From Lepidodermella squamata (lineage: Eukaryota > Animalia > Gastrotricha), in NCBI GenBank assembly GCA_047495785.1, contig JBLDXI010000140.1:1-24337 (forward strand): 24,337 bases of DNA. Reading direction: 5' to 3'. Made by a program: the position numbers and the translations under genes. The notes under the pieces are model-generated. The model searched no databases. It was not told where the DNA came from and saw only the letters and a list, made by a program, of their open reading frames with translations. Within the stretch, counting starts at the first letter, position 1, and every line of letters starts with the position of its first letter. Shown here one piece after another: positions 1-12,399 of this stretch.

Positions 1-50
1 AGTTTTCACGATCGCCTCGGCTGATAAGTATTTTATATTAACGATTTTAG

Positions 51-144
51 AATCATCTTGGAAACAGAACCAGTCAATCTTCTTGGCCGAGTAGCTGTCA
101 GGCATGATGAGACGGTACCCATCAGTGAACAAAGTGTTGCTCAG
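51..144 (+). CDS. COPZ: Coatomer subunit zeta (COPI), penultimate exon; gene starts upstream of the window
   Basis: ttttAG acceptor (49-50) and CAG|GTGCGT donor (145). Translates IILETEPVNLLGRVAVRHDETVPISEQSVAQ, matching the zeta-COP C-terminal region as I recall it ([30 protein letters not shown]). Too short for the ORF track. Confidence 0.8.
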
Positions 145-323
145 GTGCGTACTTACTTAGCCGTTTTGAAGGGGTTATCACATTTGCTGCGTTGTCAGTT
201 TTGAAGTTTGTTCAAAGGTTAGCATTATCCTAGTGAACAAGTTTTGCGCGTCCCCATTAACGCTATTTGTGGACAATTAACTCAAAAGCATCTTCGATTT
301 GTGTGCTTTCTAAAAATTTCTAG

Positions 324-371
324 GTTTTGTCATCCTTGTTAAATCCGCCGAAGTCTGGTCGAAGGTTTTGA
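324..371 (+). CDS. COPZ: Probable last exon of the COPZ gene (VLSSLLNPPKSGRRF*)
   Basis: tttctAG acceptor at 322-323, phase 0 compatible with the donor at 145. Begins VLSS, like the canonical VLQS; the remainder is divergent. Confidence 0.45.
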   Translation, partial: VLSSLLNPPKSGRRF

Positions 372-650
372 TGACTGATCGTGGAATGTAGTTACACAAA
401 TATGATGGGCAAAGGAAACGGAGGATCGATAATACACTTTTTCTTAACAGTGTGTTGTGATTTTGAAAATTTCAATACTAATGAAGACAGGTTTTAACCT
501 TAACTGTCCGCGTTATCGCCACGATGCGCTTGCGCCATGAATAAAAATTTTCAAGAAGAGACGCATTTTCTTTATATAATTGCCTCCAATTTCAACTTAA
601 AATTTTATACATCTCATTCGACTTGAAATCAGACATTGCGCCCGGGAAAG

Positions 651-993
651 GTACGATATTTCTCGCGATTGTTTTCGTTTAATTTAGTTTGCCGTAACAA
701 TTTGATTGCTATTCATGCTCGCCATGTGTTTTTATTTATTTTTGTTCTATTCTGTACAGGTCTTACAAACAGCAAAGGAGCAGCTCAAGTGGGGCATCCT
801 CAAGTAAAATATGACCTATTTATCCGAGCGTGATTGGATCTGCAATACCAAACTGGAGTTAACTATTTCGGTTGTCTGCTGCAATTGGTGTCATAAATTA
901 AAAGCTATAGTCGAAATGACTTAATCTCTCTGATCTGGAAAATAATTGAACTAGCGGGCTTGGGTCATTTCAGTTGTTTGCTCTTTTCTTTAG
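651..993 (+). other. Probable 5'UTR intron(s) of Rab6
   Basis: AAG|GTACGA donor at 651; pyrimidine-rich acceptors ending at 759 (tgtacAG) and 993 (ttttctttAG), the latter 31 nt before the Rab6 ATG. Confidence 0.35.
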
Positions 994-1024
994 GCTTGAT
1001 TATAAGCTTTAACTATTACCAACC

Positions 1025-1728
<704 letters not shown>

Positions 1729-3836
1729 TCATATTCCGAGAACGACCTTGCAATTTTTACAAAAATGAGTACAACCTAGAGTCTTTATAAATGATATAGA
1801 GGGAAAGACTGCGAATCTTGATAGTTAATATAAAGAGAGTTGAAAGGGCCGCCTTAATTTTGTGATGACATGGTCTTCCGTTATTTACTCATCTCACGAT
1901 GATGATATAGGTGTCATCAGCTGATTATGTTGTGTCGTATCTAACAGAAATTATACGCCGGTTCTTTGCTTTCTCCACTGACTTTTCGTTGTGCTCAAGC
2001 CGCCTTAATGTGTAATATAATAATAATTATAATGAAATTAGGAGATATTTGGCGCTGTAAACAAAGATACCCAGTAAAATTCGTCAAACGAATGAAAAAG
2101 CCAAACTGGTCTGGTCATCATCGTCAATATATTACGTGGAATGCTAGCTGACAATTGACTAATCTACATTCGCCCTGCTCGGTTCTTTTTATAGAAAATG
2201 ATCGGAAAATTGACATAACAGAGCGCTGTCTTCTCATTTGTCGTACCATGTCTCGTAGCGTTGTGGTCTATAACACAATTTTGCTGTTAAAATATTAATA
2301 TTTATATGAATATCTCGCATATATTTTGTTGTCCGCTTGTGTTATGTGTGCGTGTGTTAAAGATGACGATGACTCCTGACTATATAGGTTGCATAGCTGT
2401 ATTCAAGCTCATTTCTAGCATCTGCTAAGTACATAACTATTATTACTACTATTAATTCTTCAATAAGCTGAACTACTATTCTTGGCCATCTAACAAAACA
2501 AAACAAAACAACCAGAACAGTGCTTGCAATTATTTCGGTCGTTTATTATTATTACTATTATTATATTATATTATATGGGAATACTTCGTGTGCTGCGTGC
2601 TACGAATGAAGAACATTTCAATGAGTTGAAAAATGTTGTTTTCCATATCATGTAGAAATTATTTTGATTATACGTCAAAATTTCCAGCCAGAAAATGGGC
2701 CGGCGATCGCGCAGGAAGGTCGACGCTGTGTAAGTTCAATTAATCTATTAATTATCGCCTTGTACACTTCGAAGATTTTTCTACATAAAACAACATAAAA
2801 TCTTATGGTGTTTTTTCAGGGGGAAAACATCTTGCGTTGTCTGAAAAATTAATCAAATTATCACACTGAGAATCGTCGCAAATTTTAGAGATTTCGATAG
2901 AGTCGCGTTAGATATCACTGGGCCGTGCTGCCGCAACTTATGATAGCTGATTATTCCAGGCCAATTGAAGCACATCCAAGTTATAAATGGGAGAAAATTT
3001 CCGTCTGAAATCTATAATTTATTTTCTCTGTGAACATTTTTCCATGATTTTCCCCATCAACCTGAACTTCTAAGACATCTCGGCAACGCGGTGAAGTCTC
3101 CTCAACTATCGAGGATGAAAACATTCCATGCGTCTGAATCGTTGAAATTCAATTTATAATAGGAAAATTGGCCAAGAGCAGCCTGAAGAATGTTCAAACT
3201 CAAAACACCGGAAACCGAAGGACCTAAAATTGGAAAGTCGGGGAAAATTATAGATTTGAAAATGTGTCAACTCGGCACATTTCCTAGCATTTTGCTTGAA
3301 TTTCGCGCTCGTAACCCTCTCACTACTTGTCACCCATTTCATGTGATTTCTCTATGTTTCGGCACTCCGGTTTAGTTCAGGCATATTTCTAGGTCATAAA
3401 AGTAATTCGATTACTTCAATGGCCATTTAAAAGGTTGACAGGATAATGAGTGAAATGGATGTCATAGATCACACAGGTTTTAATTTTAAATCAGGATATT
3501 CTGTTACCGAAATTTTGAGAAGTATCAATTCAAGACGAAAATAGCAAATTTTGGCGATGTCGCATATTGAGAAAAAAATTTACTCGAGCACGTGCGTAGT
3601 ACAGCAGCGCTTCAGAACAACACACGCGCTTTCATTGTGAAGTTGACCTTAGATAGCCACAATTGACCGGCAGTAGATTTTGGATAAAAAACTCTTATCT
3701 AGAGATTGTTTTGCAAATGGCTAAATAATCTGCAAGGTGGGTATGCAAATTATTTCTCAAGGGGTCTTATGACCAGGGAATTTGATTTTATCTGTTGAAT
3801 TACGAATATTTATATTGAGATTATCTTTTCATTTAG

Positions 3837-4755
3837 AATTGGTGTTGCACTGGTTCTGGGCCTGATCGGGAGTGAGATGCGTCCAGACGGCACCATAGTG
3901 AGCTCGAAAATGCCCAGCAGACTCGAGCAAACCGACGCGGAGATCCAAGCCGCCGAGACGGCTGCGAACGGGCTCGTCGATCACGTGCTCATCGACGAGC
4001 TGGGTCGCATCAAGGGCCTCGACGAGAACATCGCGGGGCACCCGGAGAAGGGCGGCGTCATCCTGCCGGTCATGCCGATGCCCATGCCCAAATCGGCCAT
4101 CCGGCCAGACCACTGCTACAGCTCGTTCTCGGGCAAGGAAGTCAAGCAGGAGCCCGGCCTGCTGTGGCACGTACCCTCGGGCACCCCGACCGAGCACTAC
4201 CATGTGCCGGTGACTTACCCGGTCACCGACGTCCAGTACACCCCGACCGCCTTCGAGCTGCTGCACCAGCGCATCGGCATCGGAGACGCCCAGCACCAGG
4301 AATTACAGGCCGAGTTGGCCGATTTGGTTGCAGCGGTTCGCCCGGCTAGTGGCGAGCAATCGCCTCTGTCTTTCGAGTCGGGGGCTGAACAAAACCCTGA
4401 AGACCTTTTCCGCGATATTTTGGCCGAAAGTGCCGCTCAGTACGATGAACCGGCGCCGTTCTCGCCGTCGAAGGGGCTGTCGCTTGATGACCCCATGTCC
4501 ACTTTCCTTGACCCGACTCAGGACATTTTTCGCTGGATGGAACAAGGAGCTCTGTTCGATCCTGCCTTGGATGGCGCTTCCACTTCACAAACGTCACAGG
4601 ACTTCTTCGGCGCCCAGCCACAGTTTGGCGACTACTCAGGCCAACACGACCTTCCTGCCGCGGATACTGACCGCACTATTGATGAACTGCTGTACGCTCT
4701 CGAGAGCGAGGAGAAAAGTGTGCCTTTTGCTTCTGGATTCGGTGCTGCTAGCTCG
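3837..4755 (+). CDS. CNC-family bZIP transcription factor, upstream exon (acidic/Pro-rich region); true start uncertain (ATG 3877 or a further upstream exon)
   Basis: Acceptor ttttcatttAG at 3835-3836; frame open from 3838 (IGVALVLGLIGSEMRPD...); phase-0 donor TCG|GTAAGT at 4756 joins in frame to the bZIP exon at 5549. Confidence 0.8.
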
Positions 4756-5548
4756 GTAAGTTAACATTATCAGCTTAATAATTATTTCGCTAACTTGGTC
4801 GGACTATGCCGAGAATTGATTGAATCAAGTTGGAAGGCAAATTCCATAGTCTTATGTGGCAGATATAAGAGAAAAAGTGTCAACAAGGCAATTAGTCAGT
4901 TGGATGATGGACAATATTTTTTCTTCGGTAATAATTGAAAAAGTGTAGCAAATGTGGCCCCTTGATTGAAAACTCCATTTTTAGGTGTAGATTCTATTCC
5001 AAATTTTTCTCAAATGTCTCTTATACCTTGTGCCCAAACGATATTTTCTTCGATTATTTTGTAACCCTGAGTAATATTTGGTGGGGTTTACAATTCTGCC
5101 ATAGTCAATGAGTGGGGTAAAAACTGCTGCTAGGGAAATTATTAAAAGTTTATAGAGTTAACAACTCCCGTTATACCACCCAGAATATCTCAAACTTGGT
5201 GGAACCAATGAATCCACAATTTTCTGATTGGTCGGGTGGTCGGCGTATAACGTGGATTTTTTTTATCACTTTCACGCCTTTTTATAGCATTTCGGCCGTA
5301 AAACACGACCATTTCAAATTTTTGATTTGAGATCACTACGCGCACCGAATGTTCGTTCGCGAGTTGGGGATTGACTAAAGTTAAGGATTAAGGAAAAACT
5401 AGGATAAATATTACGGATTTGGAATGCCCTGCACTAGAGACCTATCGATAGGTTAACCCAAATAAATCAGTTCGCGGATTCAACATATTCAATTGAATTT
5501 TCTAATTATTTTAATATTTTCTGATATTCTAATAAACTGTTTCCATAG

Positions 5549-6268
5549 GATCCACAGAAATTTGAACCGATCTACACTGACTGCGACCCACCGGTTACTT
5601 TGATCCCGGAACCTGCTATTGGACTGAACTTGAACGCGACTCGAAAACGCCGATCTGAACCGTCATGGTCCTCAGGCGCTTCATCCTCCTCAAAATCGTG
5701 CGCCTTCGACTACCACAACCACACGTATGACGACGGAGCCGCTGAACGTAGAGCCCAGAAAGTGGCGCGGGCTCGTTGCGGCACCTCCAGTGATGAATCA
5801 TCTGCAAGCGGAGCTCTCCGCTGCAAAGATTTGCAAGACTTCGAAAGACTACGCATTCCGTTCACCTACGAGGCGGTCATCTCGGCCGAACCGAGCGCTT
5901 TCAACTCGATGGTGGGCGATCACAGACTGAATGACGAACAGAAGGCGTTGATGCGGGCGGCCCGCCGGCGGGCCAAGAACCGAAATGCGGCGCGGCAGTG
6001 TCGCCAACGACGTGTCGACGAGGTTGAGGACCTGGCTGACGAAGTGGAGGGTCTAGAGGACGAACGGAACCGACTTGTGTCGGAGATGGACGAAATCGAC
6101 GCGGAAATCGCGGCTCAGCGAGCGGCGAATGAACGGCTACAGGCGTACATCCTCGAGGTGTACTCGCAACAGCGCCCGCCCACCCTCCGCGACGCTGAAT
6201 ACCGCCTGCAGGCGAACCCTCGAAATGGATCATTCACCCTGGTCGAACAACGCGGCATCAGGGCTTGA
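5549..6268 (+). CDS. CNC-family (NF-E2/Nrf/Cap'n'collar-like) bZIP transcription factor, last exon with CNC domain, basic region and leucine zipper
   Basis: Acceptor ttccatAG at 5547-5548. LRIPFTYEAVI..FNSMV..LNDEQKALMRAARRRAKNRNAARQCRQRR is followed by a heptad zipper. The C-terminal EYRLQANPRNGSFTLV resembles the Nrf Neh3 end (EYSLQQTRDGNVFLV). Confidence 0.9.
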   Translation, partial: DPQKFEPIYTDCDPPVTLIPEPAIGLNLNATRKRRSEPSWSSGASSSSKSCAFDYHNHTYDDGAAERRAQKVARARCGTSSDESSASGALRCKDLQDFERLRIPFTYEAVISAEPSAFNSMVGDHRLNDEQKALMRAARRRAKNRNAARQCRQRRVDEVEDLADEVEGLEDERNRLVSEMDEIDAEIAAQRAANERLQAYILEVYSQQRPPTLRDAEYRLQANPRNGSFTLVEQRGIRA

Positions 6269-7618
6269 AGGAAACTATTGTAAATAATATGAGTGATAGA
6301 AAGATCTGATCGAATGATATGAGTGAGTAGAAATTTATTTTGTGGTGTTTGGACGGATCGTTGAGAAATCGACGATTATATAATATAATAATCTGAGTAG
6401 AGTGTGGTCTAACTCATTTCCCTATCTTTTCTCAGGCCATTTTATTATCATCAGATTTCATTGTTTATTGGCGTGGGCCGTTAAATTAACTATCGCATGT
6501 TTATAATCTTATTTATTGTTGAGTTTCAGGTGTTGTTTATGGGTCATTGAGAAATTTCACCACCACCACCACCTCTTCCGAAAACTTGCAGCTTTTCAAA
6601 AGCGATTGATTTGACCTTTGAATGAACGAAAACACACCTAATAATAATTATTTTCTCGCTATCTATCTCTGTTATTGTTATTTATGACGGGCTGATGAGA
6701 ACGATGGTCTCGTGGGAGGTTTTACCACCGAATTATCAGAAATATCTATTCAAGACAGGTTGGTTTTCCGGCCTTCGCTCACCTCGTTCTGTTATTGGTT
6801 CTTCTGGTTGTTGTGTATAACAAATGGGAAAAATTGCTCTTGTATTACCGTATTATATATCGTAATCATGATTTTAAAAATTGAAAAAGCATTAATCAAC
6901 TGTGAGCGTGATGATTTGCTTCGGTTGTGTGAGTGTTATTTGACTTGAAAAGCTGACTTGAAAAATTTCTTCGCACATTCTTGTCTTCTCTCTGGGAAAC
7001 AGAAAAATTCGGTTATTTATCTGGTGATTGATAATCTAATAATATACACTATTCATTATGTGCATTCGTTTTTGCTCCATTTTCTTTGGGTAGGTGTTAG
7101 CAACACGATTATAATTATAAGATCCCGTGAAAAATTCGAAGTGTTCCACAGTTATAATATGTGCTGCTGAGCCATTGCAATGTCTTGCATGATGATGATG
7201 ATTGACTGGTTTAATATATATTAACATCGTCCATACATCAACTTGCATCAGTTTGTCCGGTATATTTTTCTGATTTTTTTATTATAATTTAATAATTACT
7301 ATTCTTCTTCATTTGTGCTGTCTGTGTAAAGAAATATATCGCGACTAAAAAGCTAACAAAGCCACAACATTGGGCCTCGAGTTGTAACTGCCTCAGAATC
7401 CAAGTTAACAAACGATTACCAAAAAATATAATTAGCGGTATTGTCTCTAAAATCTACGCTTTAATGTGCATTCCTTGTAACTTGTAAGAAAAAATATTTG
7501 TGTTATTATTATTTAATGTATTGACACTTAGTTATAGTATTTATCCGATATATATTTGAAAAATCATAATAAAAAATTGAATTTATATGTTTTTGTGTTT
7601 TTTAGTCAAATTGTTTCG

Positions 7619-7637
7619 TATATATATATATATATAT
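7619..7637. repeat. (TA)9 microsatellite immediately 5' of the KANSL2 start codon
   Basis: Direct read; mirrored at 23029-23047. Confidence 0.9.
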
Positions 7638-7639
7638 GA

Positions 7640-10600
7640 ATGTCAGGCGGGCGAGGTTCGAGGAAGAGCCGGCAATCGCCCGAGGCGATATCACCCGGCA
7701 CTTGCGCCTACGCCGAGCGGCTCTGTTCACGTCCTGTGGCCAATCCTTCGACTACGATGTGTTGGGCCCACGTGAATAGCGCGGCTACGAGTCCTCAAAA
7801 ATCGCGAAAGTCAGCCGGCGCATCGCCCGCGAAAACAGTCACTAGCCCAGCCGCCTTGAAACTATCAAAACCGAATGTCAAATCCGAGTTAACAGACGCG
7901 GAACAGCTGCGGAAGTTGACCGAAAAATACGTGGCGCCTCAATTACCTCTGAAAACGGAACATGTGAAAGCCGATGAAGTAGCAGGTCGAGTGCCGAGCC
8001 GGTGTGAATATCTCGAGGCGCTTGGTGCAATCAATGTCGATGACCCAGCCGCCCAGTTCTGTTCTATGGAGGATTCGGCGTCTGACGATGGCTCAGACGA
8101 GTTCGGCAGTACAGCCCCGCTCGGCCACGCCGGCGTTTATTTGGCCGAGGAAGTTGTCTCAGTCGCGTGTGACCGGATGAAACAATTAAGGCGGCTCTAC
8201 GTCGAAGAGTTGAAGCACATATCTGTTCAGTTGAAAGTGTCTCGGCGGCGCTATTTAACCGAAGTAGCGAGGGATCGACGGCGGCGAATCGGTGACCTTT
8301 TGACTGACTATATCGCGACAACGCCCGAGCAGCAGAGGTGTCAGCGTTTGCTAGCGGCAATGCGGCGGCATCGGCGGCGATATCCGTCTGTTGACAATGT
8401 GATACGGTGGAATTTGCGGTCGAAATTAAAGCACGGCAAGGTGGGCCACGTGCAACAAGCAGCGTCAACGTCAAGCGACGCGGCGGTGGTGGATCAAAAC
8501 GCTCCTGTTAACACGACGTGCTCAGTTGTATCGTGCGATCAAAATGTACTACCTTTGACAAAGTATTGCTCAAAACGTAAGTTCAATGCTGAAATGACTG
8601 TAAATGAAAATTTGTAAACGAATTTATAAATTTTATCAATCTCAATAGAAATTCAAGGGAAAAATCTGAAGAGAGCTTAGCGAAAGAAACTAAAGGGAAA
8701 GTTGTCAAAAACGGACGAAGGTTTAGAGCGAAACCGGACTGACTTGGGAAATGAAACGTGGAAAATTACGCACTTAACTAGCTCTCAAGTCATTTTTGGG
8801 TACGAAATTCATACATTTTCGTATTAATAATTAAAGTAGAAATCTAAATCAGGGATTATTGGCCAATTCAAAAATTTCTCTTGTCAGGCAAGGAGCCTGT
8901 ATTTTTCTCCACATCTTTTATTACATTGACGTTTTCATGCGTAAACCGGACTACAAAATCGGCCCGGTTCCCTTATAGCGCAAAACAAGCGATACACTTT
9001 TACCTATTTTAATCGACTAATTTTCGGTCGGATTTGATTCGGTCTTCGGTGTACTTACATTCGGTTTTAAGTTGGCCGCGGAGGAAATTGTTAAGGATCT
9101 AAATACGTGCACCGCCTAAATCTGAGTTTCAGCACTAAATATCAGCATTCAGAGCCTATTACTGCTGTTAAGCCAAGACGAGGCTCTCAGGCATTTTCGA
9201 CCACGCGCCACGCATGCCTAGGTTTTCACCGTATTCCGTATAACCGCGATTATAGGTACATGACAGCTCAAGCCACCTTTATAGTGCTATGAGGTAGACT
9301 TACTGTTTCGATAAGTGTTTGAATTGAGATTAGGATATGATGAACTCGTGCCTTTAGGCTCGCTCGCATAGTTAAGAGAAATGCGGCATATTATGCAAAT
9401 GAGCCATGATGCTGAGATTATCATCACTTTATGATATACTATTTTGATTGGGAATCGTTAACTTGCCCACTGCCGGCAACTCTGCTCCGGAACGCTACCA
9501 CAGTATGGGCTGTATTTCGGTAGCAGTAAAATCGTGCTATTTGCCCACGATTAAGGTAGACTATTCAACATCCTGCCTTATTTGCATAAACCGTCGGAAC
9601 CGTCGAAATATAATTTTTATTCTATATTCATCGGAAACTCGTATTTAAGTTAATATTTAAATATTATTCCGATGGTTTAAGACATCGTTAAATCACGAAT
9701 GTGGAATGAGTCACGAGAATGTATCAATTGAACCTCAATTAAAAGTCAAGCACGACCACGGCTAGCTCGGCCACGCCCACGGCCTCGACCCCGAATGTTA
9801 GCAGTTGGATCTTCTTGTAAGATTACAGCTTGGCCGCGTCCACGGGCAGCGCTTCGAGTAATCACATGTATTGGCTCTGCTTCAAGCACAGGCTGAACCT
9901 TATGCCCACGCCCACGGCCTCGACCACCGATGATGGCAGGTGGCTCCACTTCAATCACAGGTGGAATGATGGCAGCTTGGACTCCTCCGCGACCACGCCC
10001 ACGGGGTCGGCCTAGGCCCCTGCCCCACATTTTTACAACAATTTGATGTTCTTCTCTATATTCAAACATGACTTATGACCGTCGGAAAATGCCTAAATCC
10101 TTACTTCCAAACCGCTTGCGAGCATTCATTTTCACATGAAAATAACACGTTAGCCGCAGTATTACGATACCAAATGACAGTTCTATGGCCGTAGTAATAT
10201 AACTAGCTCCGTCAGCCATTATCGCCAGGGGCATGTTAAATGGCATAAATAATTTCAAACCACGAAAAATCACTTGATACGCTCGGCCATTCTCATTGCT
10301 TGAAACACCAAGAAGAATTGGGTGAAACTTTCGATTTTTGTCAGACGAGCCGCCGATAAAAATCTTGTGGCCGCCATGGATGATTTTGTGAGTAGCATCG
10401 ATTTGAAAGCCGCGGGCATAGACCAATAGATGCTCGTTGTCCGGTTTACGCAACCGTGATTCGCACCATGCTCGAAGCTCGGCAGTTCCATAATTGCTGG
10501 CGCCAGATTCTGGGCGACTTGAATCTTTCGCTTGAACTGTTGCTTTAGGTTTGAACACATCTCGTGAGAGTCGTCTGATCGTTAGGCGAGGGTGATTCCG

Positions 10601-12299
10601 CTCGCGAATGAACTTCGGCCTATCGTTGATATGATCCAGCACATATTTGCGGACATCAGGCGTGATGACTGCCGTCGATGCCTCAGGCTGAACGTGTTTC
10701 CCGCCAGAGGATGGAACCGCTTGATCTGGCGACCACTTAAGAACAGCCTTGTGCGGATAGATCTTGGCGCCAGACTTGTGGAACGGCAGACGTAGTAGCA
10801 GGTCTCCTTGTTGTTGCCGCTCTTCGTGGTGTCAATCCACAGGTCAGGATAGGTTTGCTTCACGTAATCCTTCGACTCTTGGTAAGAGATTGCGTACCGC
10901 AATGACTCGAAGTTATCCCATTCATTCTCGACATTGGGCCAAATCGCATCTTCCCCATCCTCAACAATACCAGGGTCAGCGCTCTCCTCATCATCAAACT
11001 CAGATTCGTCGAAATTCATCCTCATAAGCTTTTGATTCTATGTATTCATCATCGGTCTGACTGTCAGACTCGCAATTTCTCAACAAATCCATCATCGAAG
11101 ATGAAACGAAAGAATTATTAAATAAGTAAGGCTAGGTTATAGCTAGCTGTTTCAAATCAGGCCACGCGTATTCCGACAGCTTAAGCTCGTGTTCCAATGT
11201 AATAATGCAGTAAAATGACTTTTCGATAGTTTAATTTAGTTTATACACCCTTTTTATACATTTCCGACGTTTTAATTAAAAATGGTTCGCGGAAAGAAAT
11301 TATTAGTTTTATGGAATGATGGGTGCCCCAGGTCGATTGGGTGATCTTCTAAGTAACTGCTTCCAGAGGCGTCGCTAGAGTGGCAAGATGACATTCCTTT
11401 CCACGAATTAAGTGGTGGCTTTATATATTTAGTGTTACAGATGTTTATTTTTATTTTGTCTTGAATAGGATTAGTTAGAGCGGCTTTCTAGTACTGGAGT
11501 CACTATTTTAGTATGTGCAGTTGGCACACCCAATTCTTTATATATTTCGATTATAATCAATTTCCGATTATTTCAATGTTGGTATTTTCGCGAAAACACC
11601 GAAATAAAAGACTCTTTCAGCTGACCTGTCCTGCATACCTGGAATAATATTGCTCATAAATAAATAAGATCAAACCAAAAATTAGTACGTATGTAGATAA
11701 AAATCAAAATCATCTGATCGCACAAAATTTATACCGATGGAAAGTACTGATCAAGGGGATCTCGAAATTAAAGAAATCTTTCATGTCGGATTTTTTCGGG
11801 TGAGTTATGGCAGTTTCAATTTTTTTCCGAGATGACATTTTTGTGGCCGCACCCAAATATATACAGTCATAGTATCTAGGAAGGGAATATAAAATAATAA
11901 TTAAATTAAAAAGCTCATTTTAATTTAAATTTTTTTTTCATTTCAGATATTATGCTCGATCGAAGGCAACTGCTATTTTCGAAATGCCCCGGTTTCTTCA
12001 TCGCTCCGTGCGAGAAGCCGCCAGAAAGCGGCGATTTGCCTACAACACCTTCAAGCTTGGACGCTTCGAAGCCACTCCGCCACATCGACTGCGGTCGGTT
12101 GGTTGTTCAAAGCCCGAATCCTCCGCGAGGTCTCTCGAACTCGCCGGTCGCTTCTACTTCGATTTCAACCCGGAGTAGCGGAAATTCGCCGTCTCCGAGT
12201 GTCATGGCATCGGACACTTCTTCTTCAATGCTGTGCTCGATGCACCGGGCTCTGGTGCAAATTTCGTCGACACCTCCGGTGACTAAATCGGCAAAGTGA
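7640..12299 (+). CDS. KANSL2: KAT8 regulatory NSL complex subunit 2, copy 1; exons 7640-8576 and 11947-12299, 429 aa
   Basis: PLGHAGVYLAEEVVSVACDRMKQLRRLYVEELKHISVQLKVSRRRYL matches the KANSL2 signature (PLKHAGVYTAEEV..KLIRLQSLYIDQFKRL). The phase-1 intron C|GTAAGT (8577) .. tttcAG|AT (11946) rebuilds CSVVSCDQNVLPLTKYCSK-H-IMLDRRQLLFSKC, a zf-C3Hc3H finger. Confidence 0.9.
9746..11095 (-). mobile_element. Decayed Mutator-like (MULE) transposase in the KANSL2 intron, copy 1
   Basis: FQIDATHK (first D), FHPILLGVSSNE, IMADGASYITTAI (second D), RLTCYFHV (CxxH). Frameshifts, an in-frame stop and no visible region for the catalytic E. TIR/TSD not found. Confidence 0.85.
10555..10571 (+). other. 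Probable untrimmed PacBio barcode bc1003 + T overhang (technical artefact)
   Basis: ACACATCTCGTGAGAGT(C) replaces TACCT of the mirror arm (20107-20111 rc). Identity to bc1003 is from memory of the PacBio barcode set. Confidence 0.85.
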
Positions 12300-12399
12300 T
12301 TGATTGTGATTGATTGAAGATTTTGTTTTTGTTATTCTGACAGCCGTCCTCGCACTAGTTTTCAACAATGCATAATAATAATTTGATTTTAACGCCGAA

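Noticed and set aside
5102-5378. TAGTCAAT/ATTGACTA inverted pair in the CNC intron as a small transposon
   Set aside because: An 8-bp match is too short, and no TSD is evident.
6712-7248. Short ORFs downstream of the CNC gene, their mirrors (23418-23954) and similar ones at 636, 1966, 3154-3375 and 9107-9648
   Set aside because: AT-rich UTR, intergenic or intronic sequence with non-protein-like composition; recurrence is due only to the duplication.
3829-8474. Overlapping or antisense ORFs on Rab6, CNC and KANSL2 exons (e.g. 3829-4296, 4328-4759, 5901-6233, 8064-8474)
   Set aside because: Shadows of GC-rich coding exons with no independent motifs.
8666-8695. CTGAAGA..GAAA second hammerhead candidate (also similar cores near 3183 and 6692)
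   Set aside because: No helix I pairing at 8666; the others lack the UH site or the GAAA.
10073-10642. 189-aa ORF that looks like a longer, repaired MULE transposase in the left arm
   Set aside because: The fusion depends on the +13-nt shift caused by the barcode-like insertion; the mirror copy lacks it.
8800-11900. Terminal inverted repeats and TSD for the MULE element
   Set aside because: Only short motifs (GTCGGAA/TTCCGAC, ATTGGG/CCCAAT) match; no convincing TIR pair or 8-9 bp duplication found by eye.
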